This document shows, in pieces, positions 25,070 to 36,049 of a stretch of 64,000 bases of DNA. A program made the position numbers and the translations under genes. The notes below the pieces were generated by a model. It did no database searches, had not been told where the DNA came from, and saw only the letters and a list, made by a program, of their open reading frames with translations. Location of the stretch: IMG/VR virus record IMGVR_UViG_3300044641_005618. One strand, given 5' to 3'. Within the stretch, counting starts at the first letter, position 1, and every line of letters begins with the position of its first letter. The stretch comes from a virus (taxonomy: Duplodnaviria > Caudoviricetes).

Positions 25070-27356
25070 ACTTTTACCCCTTTAGCCTCGTAGAGTTTTT
25101 TACGTGCGGATTCTCGGAACCTTTCAGCAACATCGGGTGAGTAGTTCTTGTCAAGAAGCCAATCGTCACAGCAATTTGTCTTAGGGTTAAGTAGTCTTTG
25201 TTTGTCCATGTCTTCCATGGATTCAACTAGCTTTTCCCCTTCCAAAACAAGTTCCTCTTGAGCGTGACGACAATTGTTCCAGTTTTCAATGACGTAGTTC
25301 GCCTCGCCACCAATCTTAAAACCATCCCTCATCACCAGCTTTTCCATTATCTCTCGAATTAGCGTCAGAGCTGTTTTGTCCTTGGTCTCTTGCCGCTGAC
25401 CCGTCGTTTCGTCGAACAGAAACTCTCGTGCGAGGGAAATTGCCTTTCTCACAGATTCCCACCTTAGCTCTCGGAAACCTTGGTAGTAATGTGTCGACGG
25501 ACGCCCTGCGTTCTCCCACTCTTTTTTCATGCTCGCAGTTAAGTGTTGGCACGACGGGTCCACTCCCACAAAGTAAAGAGAACTGAGATACTCGTAGAGA
25601 ACGTCCGGCGTCAGCTCGGGCATGAAGCTAAGGTCTGACCCCGTTCGAACCGAGTGAGCGAACGCCATGGCATTAACGAGTGCCTGTGTGACATCGGCTT
25701 TGAATCGGATCCTTTGTCGTGTGGTCCAATAGCGCACTTCAACCTGAAGGCGATTGATGCGGGGATCAGCTACATCGTTAATGATTTCCCAGAACCTATC
25801 GGTAGCGAGGCGGAGACACCAAAGATACAACGCATCAGCACTCACACCTAGCTTATTAGCGAGGTAAGGAATGTGTGCTCGTGGGCGAAGGTCGGGAGAC
25901 CCCTCTGACACTGTCCCTTTCGTGTTCTCGATGTTTTTTGTTACCTCGTACTCCCTATATGTACTAATGAGCTTAATTCGATCTATGATCCCGGGGTCGA
26001 GATCGTAGGCAAACTTACTGTTCCAGTCATTGGAGTTAACCAATATGACTGTCTTTGGCCAAATTTGCTCGGCCTTCTCGAACTTTTCTTCTACTTGAAA
26101 TACCATGTGTTCAGACAACCTCGCTATGGTTATCTCGGGTCTTACCCAGCTGAATGTTACCATTCAGAGCAGACTATATCTTACTCCCCTTAGGGAGTCT
26201 TCCCGTTTCGAACCGCTTGGCTCTACTCTCTTTCGAGATAGTCGTTAGGCTTTCAAACCTTTCGGTTTGTTTAGCACGGTAGATTGCCCGTGGTACACAC
26301 GGGGTTCCCCCGTTTAGGGAAGTTTGCTCTCCGGTGTTTCCACCAGAGGGGGCTATACCGTCAAGCTAACCCATTCGTAATCAGAATCTTGGTCTCCTCA
26401 GAAGCAAGGAACTTCTTGAGAGAAGCCAAGGAGGTATCATCCTTGTATGCTATGTCACTAAGAGCAGCAGCTTTAAGGCCGAAGCGATCCTCAGTCGATT
26501 TAAACGTGTGAGTTACAAAACCGCACTTGGAAAAAGCTGCGGTCATTCCATTGAAGAGAGTCGACTTTCCTAATCCAGCATCCTTACCCACAATCACCCC
26601 CGCCATACGAGCAGTGTGATCTACAGGCTGGTCCTTTCCCGGTGGCAAGTGATTTGACCTGCCGACACCAATTCGCCCAATAATTAGTCTAAGCATTTCC
26701 CTCTCGGCTTCAGGAAAGATTGAGAAAACGTCAGCTAAGGTCACCATTTGCAGAACAGGGTTGAACCAGTCTCTGTCGGGAACCCACGACCTTGGATTAG
26801 AGACAGGAACTCCACCCCACCGAGCCGCAGGGTCAAACGTATGGCCGTAACTTAGCGTGTCATGAATGCTCTTGCTCATGTTTATTCTCTTCATCTTCAG
26901 CAGCCGCTCTGTGAAAGAGACGAGATCTGAGTCACCGGCTTTCGGCTTGAATAAAGGTTCCCAGAAAGTTCTTACGTCGTCTGGACACAAGTCAGGGTGA
27001 AAACAGGATTCGATCTTCTCAAAGTCGTCGTACACTGATATGTCTTGCAAAGGGTTGAAGTCTGCCGGGTACTGAATTCCCCTTACCATTACAGGTGGCG
27101 TGGGCTTCAGAATGCGGTGCCTACAGTGATCACCTGACTCGTCAATTTCAACAACGAACCCCCTCGCCTTCAGTAGAGTAATGCCTGAGTTGTAAAGCTC
27201 GGACACTTTTGTGGGTGCTCTTTTTTTCTTCTCTTGTTTTTCCTCTCCGTCTTTCTTCGACCGGAAGGACGCTGCCTTGTTTCGCTCTTTTGCTTCGGTT
27301 AGTATTCCAATCTCTTGTTTCGTACTTCCGAGTCCCCCGGAAAAGGGATCTGCCAT
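25066..27356 (-). CDS. superfamily 3 (D5-like) helicase/NTPase, 2 exons (27356-26369, 26102-25066), 674 aa
   Basis: Walker A GKDAGLGKST, Walker B-like IAYKDD; splicing restores KILITNGLFQVEEKF and motif C ILVNSN; exons sum to 2025 nt. Confidence 0.8.
26103..26368 (-). mobile_element. group I intron (266 nt, ORF-less) in the SF3 helicase gene
   Basis: P1 GGGUUA/UAGCCC with the U.G pair at 26369; GACUAU and AAGAUAUAGUC core; P9 CUGAAUG-GUAA-CAUUCAG GNRA hairpin; terminal G at 26103. Confidence 0.85.
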
Positions 27357-27393
27357 GTATCCTCTTGTTGTTTAGGTTTGACGGTGTAGTATA

Positions 27394-27425
27394 GCAAAAG
27401 ACCCCAGCGGTAAGCCAGGGTCTTG
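27394..27425 (-). terminator. intrinsic terminator
   Basis: AAGACCC...GGGTCTT stem followed by TTTT. Confidence 0.55.
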
Positions 27426-27463
27426 TTGTCCCAAGAGTTTAACTCAGGGACTTAAATTGTTGA

Positions 27464-28435
27464 TCAAAAATCCAGAGCAAAGCTCTCAGGGTTCTGAACA
27501 AAGTTCGGACACTTCAGCGTCACTTTTGCTGCAGCGTTGCCGTTGTACTCGAAGTGCTCAAGAACCTTTAGAGTTGCGGGAGCGTCAGGAGTAATCAAGG
27601 GCTCAGCAGCAAGAATCTTCTTCATTGCGGAGTTTGGCTTGACAATCACCCAGTCGGAGACTTCGGTTTCTTGGTCTATCCACTCTCCCTCGACTTGAAC
27701 GCGAACTGGTGCCACGAATGGCTCAGTCACTTTCGCTTGCAGAAAGTAGTCGGTACCGAAAGCACCACCTTCCTTGACTCGATAAGAAGTGATTGTGTAT
27801 TCGCCTAAGGGTAGACTCGCGACTTTGACGAAAGGACCCACAAGACGCTCTCCCCCTGTGTTTTCACCACGCTTGGAAAGATCCGGTGCGGCATAAACCT
27901 TTTCAGCAATCGCTTCGGGATTTTCATCGAGCAAGAGTTCGAGAAGATCTGCGGGAAGTTCCTCCTTAATTTCCTTCTTCCGAATTGTAATAGGAAGAGT
28001 GTAAAGAGTGCCGTCTCCTTGTACGGATACAGAAAGAACGGGCTCGGTGTATTTGCCGATCTGCTCATCCTTAAAGGCGAACTTTAGTCCTTTCGGAGCG
28101 TTAGCCACTCCGACCTTGCCAGGAGCCAACAGAAGGGGAATATCCCGATCACCCCAACGAATTACAAGGCCACCTACCTCCGTAGAGAAGATTGTGGGAG
28201 AGTAAAGACGTTGAAATGTCCCATTCGGGTCAGCCTTCACAGTGAAGGTAGACGCTTCAGGGTCGAAATCCTCGCCAGTTAGCGCACGAAAGATGGTTGA
28301 CAACCCATTGCGGTAAGACTCGGGCAGAGCCTTGTTTGGAATGTCGGTGTATGCCCGTGAGTAGCTCTTTGACTCCAACCTTGCGCGGTTTTTGTCGTCG
28401 AGTTGGGGCAGAATTTTGAATGTAGTTACAGCCAT
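27464..28435 (-). CDS. hypothetical replication-region protein (possibly ssDNA-binding), C-terminus ALDF
   Basis: Start revised to ATG 28435; lies directly upstream of the helicase; function not established. Confidence 0.55.
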   Translation of the reverse strand: MAVTTFKILPQLDDKNRARLESKSYSRAYTDIPNKALPESYRNGLSTIFRALTGEDFDPEASTFTVKADPNGTFQRLYSPTIFSTEVGGLVIRWGDRDIPLLLAPGKVGVANAPKGLKFAFKDEQIGKYTEPVLSVSVQGDGTLYTLPITIRKKEIKEELPADLLELLLDENPEAIAEKVYAAPDLSKRGENTGGERLVGPFVKVASLPLGEYTITSYRVKEGGAFGTDYFLQAKVTEPFVAPVRVQVEGEWIDQETEVSDWVIVKPNSAMKKILAAEPLITPDAPATLKVLEHFEYNGNAAAKVTLKCPNFVQNPESFALDF

Positions 28436-28535
28436 TGTGTTACTTGTGAAGAACGCGATAAACTGAGCCCTATTGCCCAGCACGTTCAACACAAGTATAG
28501 GCTTGCCCCGGACTAGTAAACTCCCGTGTTGCCCC

Positions 28536-30125
28536 CTACGTTTTGCCAATGCGACGAAGATTCAACTGCCTGACCTTCTCGAACGGTAGATCAACAACAC
28601 CGCTTCCGTTCACAAACTTGATGCCCAGCTCCTTTGTCAAATAATCGTACAAGCCCCGGTCGGTCACTAAAGTCTGAGAAGTTCCAAAAAGTTTTGCTAA
28701 AAGATGAAAGGAGTCTGCAGCCTCCGACTCTTTTTGTGCAACTTGTCCACTCGATGGCTCGGGGTAGGTTTGCGCAGGGTTGTTAAACCCGAGAGAACCC
28801 CAAGCGTAGTTGTGCCAACTCTCCAGAGTTCCTGTGCTTCCAATCAAGTTTTTCTCTTTGGCTTTTCCGAGCCAGGACTCGCCGAGTGCCTTGTTCATGA
28901 GATTCCCGAGGCCGTACTGACGGCTAGCCTGAATGGAAACTTCCACTCCGCCGTCCGTCTGAGTGTACTCAATGCCATTAACAATCCAGTCTTCTATGAA
29001 AGTTCCACTGAAGTTTGGAATGAATACTACATCATTCGGCTTCACCCCGGTAAGGGCAGGGCACATAAAAACTGAGGCACTTAGCTTTGAACTGCGCTCT
29101 TGCTGTATCTCAAGTTTTCGCTTCTCCCCGTCTTGATTTTCCTTTAGGCGCACTCCGGGCCTAGCACGGGAGTTGGCCGTGTTTCCAGCTCCGCTCTTGC
29201 TCTGGGACTGTTGAGCCGCCACTGCTTGCTGGCTCTGTGGAGTTGACGTCGCAGGTTGTCCCTGTGTTCCCGGCTGCGCAGGCTGAACTTTTTCTTGTGT
29301 GCTCTCCAAACTCGTCTGAGTCTTTTGAGGGGGCTGCCATTCAGACGTTTTTGTGATTGTGTTTATGATCCCTGGCCCAAGGAAGTACCCGTACCGAACA
29401 GTGGGATCGGGGAACTGGCTCTGCGGGGCGAGTTCCTCTACTGTGGTCTTATCTGACAAGTACGGTCCCAGCACCACGCAACTTGCAGAAAGTTTTTGGA
29501 AAGTTCCCGGAGAAACAATGTTCGTCGCCATAACGAGCCCACCAGTTTGCTCAACGAGGTTTTTCACGCTGTCAAGGTAGTTGGACCCCTCGGAATAGTT
29601 TGACAGAACTTTCGTTGTTTTCAGACTTTCTTGCATCTGCTTCGTGACTTTCACAAGATCATACTTTTCGACCCCGAACGTGTAGTCAAGCTGCGATAAA
29701 TTTGCAAGAGGCGACGTTCCCTGGTCGCTAGCTTGCGCCGTACTCTTTATATTTGCATTCACGAGCCCATCAAGTTCAGACGCGAGTTTCACTTCCAGCG
29801 ACATTTCCTTCCCGTATACCTCTGTCTGTCCAGACCAAACGAACGAAAAGGTGATGGAACGTCCGTTCAAGTAGTAGTACCGGACTGTAATTGTGCGGTT
29901 GAGCGCAGTTTCCAGCAGTTTTTCGTAGACGCTGAACGCAGCGCCAGTCGGATTCCATCTCATTGAGCCAGTCGGGGTCTGCCCTGAGTCCTGTAAAGAC
30001 ACCCTCACATTGTACACCAGTGGCTGGTTCGTCAGCCCCGTTGTGCTACCGTCGAAGTTGTGGTTCATCAGGTTCACGTCCCCCCAAACAACCTCGCAGC
30101 GGGGGATTATCAAACTGTTTGCCAT
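28536..30125 (-). CDS. baseplate hub-like tail protein
   Basis: Follows the tape measure gene; beta-rich, with ASVFMCPALTGVKPNDVV..WIVNGIEYT pattern typical of hub proteins; start revised to 30125. Confidence 0.55.
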   Translation of the reverse strand: MANSLIIPRCEVVWGDVNLMNHNFDGSTTGLTNQPLVYNVRVSLQDSGQTPTGSMRWNPTGAAFSVYEKLLETALNRTITVRYYYLNGRSITFSFVWSGQTEVYGKEMSLEVKLASELDGLVNANIKSTAQASDQGTSPLANLSQLDYTFGVEKYDLVKVTKQMQESLKTTKVLSNYSEGSNYLDSVKNLVEQTGGLVMATNIVSPGTFQKLSASCVVLGPYLSDKTTVEELAPQSQFPDPTVRYGYFLGPGIINTITKTSEWQPPQKTQTSLESTQEKVQPAQPGTQGQPATSTPQSQQAVAAQQSQSKSGAGNTANSRARPGVRLKENQDGEKRKLEIQQERSSKLSASVFMCPALTGVKPNDVVFIPNFSGTFIEDWIVNGIEYTQTDGGVEVSIQASRQYGLGNLMNKALGESWLGKAKEKNLIGSTGTLESWHNYAWGSLGFNNPAQTYPEPSSGQVAQKESEAADSFHLLAKLFGTSQTLVTDRGLYDYLTKELGIKFVNGSGVVDLPFEKVRQLNLRRIGKT

Positions 30126-30126
30126 A

Positions 30127-33100
30127 TTAGTGGTTCCTAAGTTCATCCACAACCATTCCAATTCGCATAGCGACTAAGGAAGCGAGTTCCTCTGGGTCTT
30201 GGTTCGGCTGTTGATAAATAGTTATCGGGGCGTGAATAGTTGAGCTACCGAATCCTTCAGACGTGTTTGAGGTGATCGAAGTGACTTTCGCCGACGGTGG
30301 CATCATTTTTCTCTCCCAAGACTCGGCTTCCTTTTGGTTGGAGAAGAACGCAGGGGTCCCCTTCCCGAGAGCGTACGCTACGTGAACATGATCCATGTGG
30401 TTTGGAATTGTCCACGGAACCTTCACACCGTTTTTTATGCTGAATCCCAGGGGCGTGTAGTAAAGCTCTGCCATTCTACCACCCGAAGTAGAGGCCAGTC
30501 GCTGAGCATAGGCGAGCATCGCGCCAGGTGAGCCCGCTACGTCAATAGCTCGTCCGGCGTAATGATACGACCCAGGGGCGTGTTTCCCTCCCGTTGTTGA
30601 GGTTATCGTGAGTCCTAGATTTTGTGCCAGCGAACTTGCCGCCCCCAAACTCCCGGACATCATTCCGAGTGCCCCCCCAAACATTCCCCCAGCGGAGGAT
30701 GCAATTTGAGAGATTTGCTTTCCTATTGCTGAGAACATTGATGCTGTTTGGTTTTGATTGCTATTCAGTTGTTCTTGAACCTTAGAGAACATGTTATTAT
30801 TATGCTCCTGAGCTTTAGATAAGGCCGATCCAAGACTGTTTATTTGAGTTTGAGACTCAATAACTTGGCCGGAAACTTTGAACAATCCCTCTGTAAATCT
30901 CTTACCGTTTTCGGTGTACACTTGGTTGTTCTCGTTCATTGTGGTCGTGAGCTGACCGAATCCCTCTTTGAGAGTTTCCATGAAAGAGCCCACTCCAAGA
31001 CCACCCGCAGCAGGTATAACCGTTTCACTGCTGTTTGCTATCACGAGACTAGAATTTGAAGGTTTGTTTGCCATTTCAAAGCTAATTGCTTGTCCCAAAC
31101 TCCCGGAGAAAGGGTTTGCACTACCAAACGCGGCTGCTTTCGCCTTTGGCTCTCGTTCAGGTGTCTTACCGGCGGAAGGTATAATCGTCTCACTGCTATT
31201 TGCTATTACAAGGCTGGAGTTTGCGGGTTTGTTTGCCATTTCAAAGTCTATGGCTTGGCTCAAGCTCCCGGAGAAAGGGTTTGCGCTCCCAAACGCGGAT
31301 GCCTTTGCCTTCGGAGCTCTTGCAGAAGACGCACCGGCAGCAGGTCTCGGAGACGCTTTGCTACTCCCTGGCACACGGTCACTGATCCAACCCCCAACAC
31401 TAATTGCAATATCATTAATCTTACGTCCAATGGCCGTAAAAAGATTTCCGACTGCCCCGATGATTATGCCCCCTAAGCCCACCACGCTTTCCGCAGCTCC
31501 GATGAGAGTTTCAATTATTCCGCTAAAGATTTTTTTAACGCCCTGAACTATCAATTGCTGATTTCCCGTGAATATGCCCACGAGTAAATCCCAAATTCCT
31601 GTGAAGAAATTCGTAAGTCCCCGAAGTATGTCACCCAGGCCCCCCAAGAACAGTCCGGCTGCCGAAGCGACCCAGTTTGTGCTCTCGGATAGTTTGGCCC
31701 CCGTGTCCTTCAGCCAATCCGCGAGCATTCGCAACGGACCTTCGAAAATTACAAAACCCGCTACGAGCGCCACAATGGGTAAGGCAAACCCTGCCACACC
31801 CGCCAGAGCACCTCCAGCCAAACCAGCAAAAACACCCATCAGCATGTTGCCGAATCCCATGATTGCGAGGGGAACCACCCCCGCTATTACAGCACTGATG
31901 AAAGCCGGAGCAGCCAACAACAGAAAAACCTTTCCCAGGGCGTCGCCGAGCGGTGTAACACCTTGGAGTGCATTACCGTTGTTGAACAGCATCTTAAGGA
32001 TAATATCCTTGAAGGTGTCGAGTACAATTTTCATGTACCTTTCACCGTCAACTTCTCCACCCTTAAACCCTTTCATGAAGTCTGAGAGGAATTTTTGGAT
32101 ACCCGTTCCAACGTCTTTTCCTGCCTGTTCGGGGTTGAAATAGCTCGCAAGTGCCTTAAAAGTCTCTGCTAAGCCCCTGCCGAGTGCTTCAGCTAGGCTC
32201 TTCTTACCTGAGGCTATATCAGACCCTAAGTTCTCAAAGTTGTCCTGCAGTTCAGTTAAAGGTCTCGCAAGAGCCCCGATAATTGAGTTGACGGGTCCTA
32301 TCAAAAGGTTCCCCGCTGAGTTCATCATGTTAGCAAAACTTTGCAACAGCGGCCCGAATTGAGTCGCTATCACTTCGATCGGAGAGTCTGCTGACTTGTA
32401 GAAGTCATCGAGGTTTTTTATAAATCGAACCCTGTTGTTCTTCTGTTGTTCCTCAATCTTCTGTATCTCAGCCTCTTTCCTGCCTTGTTTCGCAAGTGCT
32501 TCTAAAACTTCCTTGTTTCGCCTATCGTACTTCGCTATTTGCTTGTCTCTCGCACCACTTGAGGTCATCATTGCTAAGGTCTTCTCTCCCTGTTTGCCAA
32601 TGTCTGCTGTTAATGTGAGAATACCGGACGGACCGAGAAAGGTGTCGTTTACGGACTGCATACCACCTGCAATCGTATTCTTAGCTTCTTCAAGAGCAGC
32701 CTCAGGCATTGCGATCGAGAAACCGTAACTGGCTGCCTTGATCCTTCCCTCGACAGTGTTACCGAACTTTTTAAGACCTTCTTTGAGGGATGAGACGAGG
32801 ATCGGGTTGTTTTCAAAGACGGATAATTGTCTGTTGATTGTCCCCGATCCAAGGAACTGTGTAACTCCCATAGCAGCCTGGGGTGCGTACGCTGGACTAG
32901 TAATTACAGATCCGATTTGGGAGTACAAGATAGCGAGTTTCTTGCCGACGCCGTTTTCTCCCCCCATCACTTCATTTAGTTTCTCCCTACTTACAATAGA
33001 AAGGTCTGTGATGCCTTTCTCCTTTAGCATCACAGGGAGCAGGTTGTCGCCGAGCTGTCTTGACAGAATTTGTATGGTTTTTGAGCTTACTGTACTTGTT

Positions 33101-33771
33101 CGAATAATCTCGTTAATCGCGCTATCCATGGAGCGACTAATGTTCTTCGTCTGAAGGTACATATCGTTCGAAGCGTCCTTCAATGCCTGACCCTCTTTGC
33201 CGGCCAGTCCCTGTTTGAACATTCCCTCTTTATTCAGGGACCCGAACAAGGAACCACGAGCCATGACATCTCCAAGCTGGTCTTGAACTGCCTCAGAGTA
33301 TCTCTTTCCTACGAACCCTAGACCCTGCTGAAGGATGTTTACAGCGGAAGAGGCCCCCGCTGTTAAAGCATTCGCAAACCCTTCTCCTACTTTTATGAGT
33401 GCGTTTGCCTCGAGAATTTTCCCCAGAATCTTTGCATCTTCCTGCGCTGCCTTTAACCCGGACTTATCGATGGGGAGCCCTTTCTTCGACACCGAGTCAA
33501 GGTCTTTGCCAAGCATCTGAACTTCTTCGCGAGCTGCTTGAATACCGGATTTGTCGAACTTAAACTGAAGCTTGTTCAGAGTCTTCATTTCATTCTGAAG
33601 AGTCTTCAGCTCTGAGTTAGCCGCCTTAAATCCGTCTCGCAAAGATACCGCAGCATTATCCTTGCTGAGGGGTTTGCTCAGCTTCTGAAACTCCTTATTT
33701 AGATCCCTTAGCTTCTTGGTAATTTGATCGTCAAACTTACCAATCAGTGTAAAGGTCTTATTCTCCGCCAT
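30127..33771 (-). CDS. tape measure protein with a C-terminal M15-like zinc peptidase domain
   Basis: 1214 aa, helical with a hydrophobic middle; GKHAPGSYHYAGRAID...HMDHVHVA (H-x6-D...HxH). Confidence 0.8.
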   Translation of the reverse strand: MAENKTFTLIGKFDDQITKKLRDLNKEFQKLSKPLSKDNAAVSLRDGFKAANSELKTLQNEMKTLNKLQFKFDKSGIQAAREEVQMLGKDLDSVSKKGLPIDKSGLKAAQEDAKILGKILEANALIKVGEGFANALTAGASSAVNILQQGLGFVGKRYSEAVQDQLGDVMARGSLFGSLNKEGMFKQGLAGKEGQALKDASNDMYLQTKNISRSMDSAINEIIRTSTVSSKTIQILSRQLGDNLLPVMLKEKGITDLSIVSREKLNEVMGGENGVGKKLAILYSQIGSVITSPAYAPQAAMGVTQFLGSGTINRQLSVFENNPILVSSLKEGLKKFGNTVEGRIKAASYGFSIAMPEAALEEAKNTIAGGMQSVNDTFLGPSGILTLTADIGKQGEKTLAMMTSSGARDKQIAKYDRRNKEVLEALAKQGRKEAEIQKIEEQQKNNRVRFIKNLDDFYKSADSPIEVIATQFGPLLQSFANMMNSAGNLLIGPVNSIIGALARPLTELQDNFENLGSDIASGKKSLAEALGRGLAETFKALASYFNPEQAGKDVGTGIQKFLSDFMKGFKGGEVDGERYMKIVLDTFKDIILKMLFNNGNALQGVTPLGDALGKVFLLLAAPAFISAVIAGVVPLAIMGFGNMLMGVFAGLAGGALAGVAGFALPIVALVAGFVIFEGPLRMLADWLKDTGAKLSESTNWVASAAGLFLGGLGDILRGLTNFFTGIWDLLVGIFTGNQQLIVQGVKKIFSGIIETLIGAAESVVGLGGIIIGAVGNLFTAIGRKINDIAISVGGWISDRVPGSSKASPRPAAGASSARAPKAKASAFGSANPFSGSLSQAIDFEMANKPANSSLVIANSSETIIPSAGKTPEREPKAKAAAFGSANPFSGSLGQAISFEMANKPSNSSLVIANSSETVIPAAGGLGVGSFMETLKEGFGQLTTTMNENNQVYTENGKRFTEGLFKVSGQVIESQTQINSLGSALSKAQEHNNNMFSKVQEQLNSNQNQTASMFSAIGKQISQIASSAGGMFGGALGMMSGSLGAASSLAQNLGLTITSTTGGKHAPGSYHYAGRAIDVAGSPGAMLAYAQRLASTSGGRMAELYYTPLGFSIKNGVKVPWTIPNHMDHVHVAYALGKGTPAFFSNQKEAESWERKMMPPSAKVTSITSNTSEGFGSSTIHAPITIYQQPNQDPEELASLVAMRIGMVVDELRNH

Positions 33772-33809
33772 TCTCTTTTCTCGTGCAGAAATAGCCGGGT
33801 GTTAATAGA

Positions 33810-33817
33810 CTTTACCC
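33810..33817 (-). promoter_or_regulatory. GGGTAAA late-type promoter motif
   Basis: GGGTAAAG, 38 nt before ATG 33771. Confidence 0.6.
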
Positions 33818-33823
33818 TTAGTA

Positions 33824-35347
33824 CTAAAACTGCCCTTGACCCCGAGGCAGTGTCTTTCTAACCTCAACCCCATTGTTAGTGTAACTCACGGTACTCTCTC
33901 CCTTTTTATTCACATTGACTCTCACATTCGTTGCTCCTGATGGTACTCCGGGAATTTTCGTTGTCGGCGAAACACCTTGATTAGTCTGTCCAGCCACGCC
34001 GTCTCTTCTCCGGGACGAGTTGGTTTGCTGCTGATTCACAACTACCGGACGAGTCGATAGAACACTCGCAACGGCACCTAAATTCGAGGTAGTCCCGGAA
34101 ACTGTTTTGCTTGCTACGTCTCTCCCGTCATCAACTTGGTACGAGGGAACTTGTGAAAAGGAAATGTCAACCTTGGCACGTGTTGCAAGGCCAGTCAAGT
34201 CTCTCATTTCCTCCTTCACCTTCACCTCCTTAATAAGGAAGCACCCACCATCAACATCACCATATCTCTTATTATTTGCATAGACCCAATACACGGGTAC
34301 CTTAACGTAGCCGTTTTGCGTGTCCAGTGTGAAACTCAGGAGTTTTTCCAAGTCAGAAACCTTCCCTTCAATGGTCTTCCCCCTTGTGAAACCCTCCACA
34401 AGAGCGTTTGACATACTTAGTTCCCTCATTCCCCGGCTGCCCGATATCACGGGTGGCAGGTTTGTGCCGAAAATTGGAACTCTATCCACCTGAACGGCGG
34501 TTGACCAGGAAATTTCTTCAGGTGCGCAGATAAAGTTCCACACTGAGGACTGTTGTGAATCTTGAGAGAAGGGTTGTCCTACTGTGGAGCTTGTAAGAAT
34601 CTGCGGGATCGTCGATATTGCCTTAAATGCGTCAGGGCTCCCAAACGGAACACCACGAAAGGAACCCGCTAAGTTGGCTTGTTTTGTCAAGTCTCCGAGG
34701 ACAGCTCCAGAGGCACTCTGAAATGCTGCTGAGTAGTCGGCCTTCGGTGTTGGGGGCAATCCCCCTGAAGACGGAACACTTTGCCCTGCAGGTAGAGATG
34801 TTTGAACACCACTCCCACCCCTACCCGACACTTGATCCGTAATTTCCGCCTGGGCTCCAGAAACTGCGGGCTTAATAGAAAACACCACGTCAGCACCGTT
34901 TGTTCCAGGGTTGTAAGCGTACCCTTGGTAGTCTGCGTCTGGCTCGTTTCCTGCCCCTGGAAAGAACTTGGTTGGGCTACTTACTGTTGCCGGGAATAAT
35001 GTACCCAGAAGGTCTCTCGACAAGTTACTAACCGCGTTTCCCGCAAAGTCTTGAACCAACGAACCCAGGGGGCCAAGGGCTTTTGAGTTGACGATAGAAG
35101 CCGTCAAGGACTGGGATATGGCTTGACTACCGGTTGAAATTAGCCCCGGTGTTACTGCCGAGCTCAAAAACGAAGTGAGTGACTGCGGGCTTAACCCTGC
35201 GGTGCTCGCCCACTGGTCTGACAATTTGGGGCTCAAAGCCACTCGGACCGCTGAAGACGCGAGATTATTTATTAAACCCCCTGCAACACCGTTCACAAGG
35301 GAGTTTGAGCTTACTGAGATTGTAGGAATGACTCCGGAAAAGGCCAT
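33824..35347 (-). CDS. tail tube initiator/baseplate protein (contractile tail)
   Basis: WNFICAPEEISW...VPIFGT..P..SG..GMRELSM pattern of tube-initiator-like proteins; adjacent to the tape measure gene. Confidence 0.55.
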   Translation of the reverse strand: MAFSGVIPTISVSSNSLVNGVAGGLINNLASSAVRVALSPKLSDQWASTAGLSPQSLTSFLSSAVTPGLISTGSQAISQSLTASIVNSKALGPLGSLVQDFAGNAVSNLSRDLLGTLFPATVSSPTKFFPGAGNEPDADYQGYAYNPGTNGADVVFSIKPAVSGAQAEITDQVSGRGGSGVQTSLPAGQSVPSSGGLPPTPKADYSAAFQSASGAVLGDLTKQANLAGSFRGVPFGSPDAFKAISTIPQILTSSTVGQPFSQDSQQSSVWNFICAPEEISWSTAVQVDRVPIFGTNLPPVISGSRGMRELSMSNALVEGFTRGKTIEGKVSDLEKLLSFTLDTQNGYVKVPVYWVYANNKRYGDVDGGCFLIKEVKVKEEMRDLTGLATRAKVDISFSQVPSYQVDDGRDVASKTVSGTTSNLGAVASVLSTRPVVVNQQQTNSSRRRDGVAGQTNQGVSPTTKIPGVPSGATNVRVNVNKKGESTVSYTNNGVEVRKTLPRGQGQF

Positions 35348-36018
35348 TATTTCCACCCTTGGCTACGGGTTTTCTTCACGTTAGTGTTCTTCTTATCGTC
35401 CCTCTTCACATCTTTCACAATTTGGGGAATTGCATCCAGAGAGGACTCGTCTAGGCGATATGTGCAAATCCACCCTCGCTCAGTTGGTGCAATCTCAAAG
35501 TTGAAACGGTGACTGTCGTACTGAAAAGTTCCTGCGAACGTTCCGTCGTCTACTTGCAAAAAGTCGTTCGAACTTGATGGGTACTTGCCCTTAGCATCAC
35601 GAATGCTGTTTACCGAGTCCCCGAAAACACTCTCAATAACGCTTGTAAGTACCCTTTCAACTTTTTCAGCAGTTCCCAGGTTATCCTCAACGAAGTCGTC
35701 TGAAATACTCTGAGGGTCGCTTGCGCTATCCCAGAGCTTTTCGGGGGAAATATTCTCTATGGACTCTGCAGACGGCCAGTGATCGGGGTTTACCTTTTGT
35801 AGCAACTCTAAGGTCTCGTCAACTTCTTCAGTACTCAGGTCTTCCACCCCCTCAACCTTAGAGAGTGCAGAGACTAGTGAAACGTCTCCATCGGCGAATT
35901 CGTGGGCAAAGTTATCCAGGTAACCCTGAGGAATGCTTGCAGCATTTCCTCCGCACGCTTCGAGAAGAAGGTGCGCCATTGAACTACAATGGGCGAAGTA
36001 GGATAAGTCGGACTGCAT
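35347..36018 (-). CDS. hypothetical acidic protein
   Basis: 223-aa ORF with the late motif upstream. Confidence 0.65.
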   Translation of the reverse strand: MQSDLSYFAHCSSMAHLLLEACGGNAASIPQGYLDNFAHEFADGDVSLVSALSKVEGVEDLSTEEVDETLELLQKVNPDHWPSAESIENISPEKLWDSASDPQSISDDFVEDNLGTAEKVERVLTSVIESVFGDSVNSIRDAKGKYPSSSNDFLQVDDGTFAGTFQYDSHRFNFEIAPTERGWICTYRLDESSLDAIPQIVKDVKRDDKKNTNVKKTRSQGWK

Positions 36019-36041
36019 CCCGGCACAATCATTCTCCCTAG

Positions 36042-36049
36042 TTTTACCC
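36042..36049 (-). promoter_or_regulatory. GGGTAAA late-type promoter motif
   Basis: GGGTAAAA, 23 nt before ATG 36018. Confidence 0.72.

Noticed and set aside
25072-25079. GGGTAAAA just before ATG 25069
   Set aside because: Only 2 nt from the start and inside the helicase coding end; probably coincidental. A match at 40731-40738 is likewise within a probable coding frame.
25066-26163. Independent 365-aa gene starting MVTFSW
   Set aside because: Its start lies within the intron P9 hairpin; it is exon 2 of the helicase.
30968-33154. Long plus-strand ORFs opposite the tape measure gene
   Set aside because: Antisense shadows with no motifs or promoter signals.
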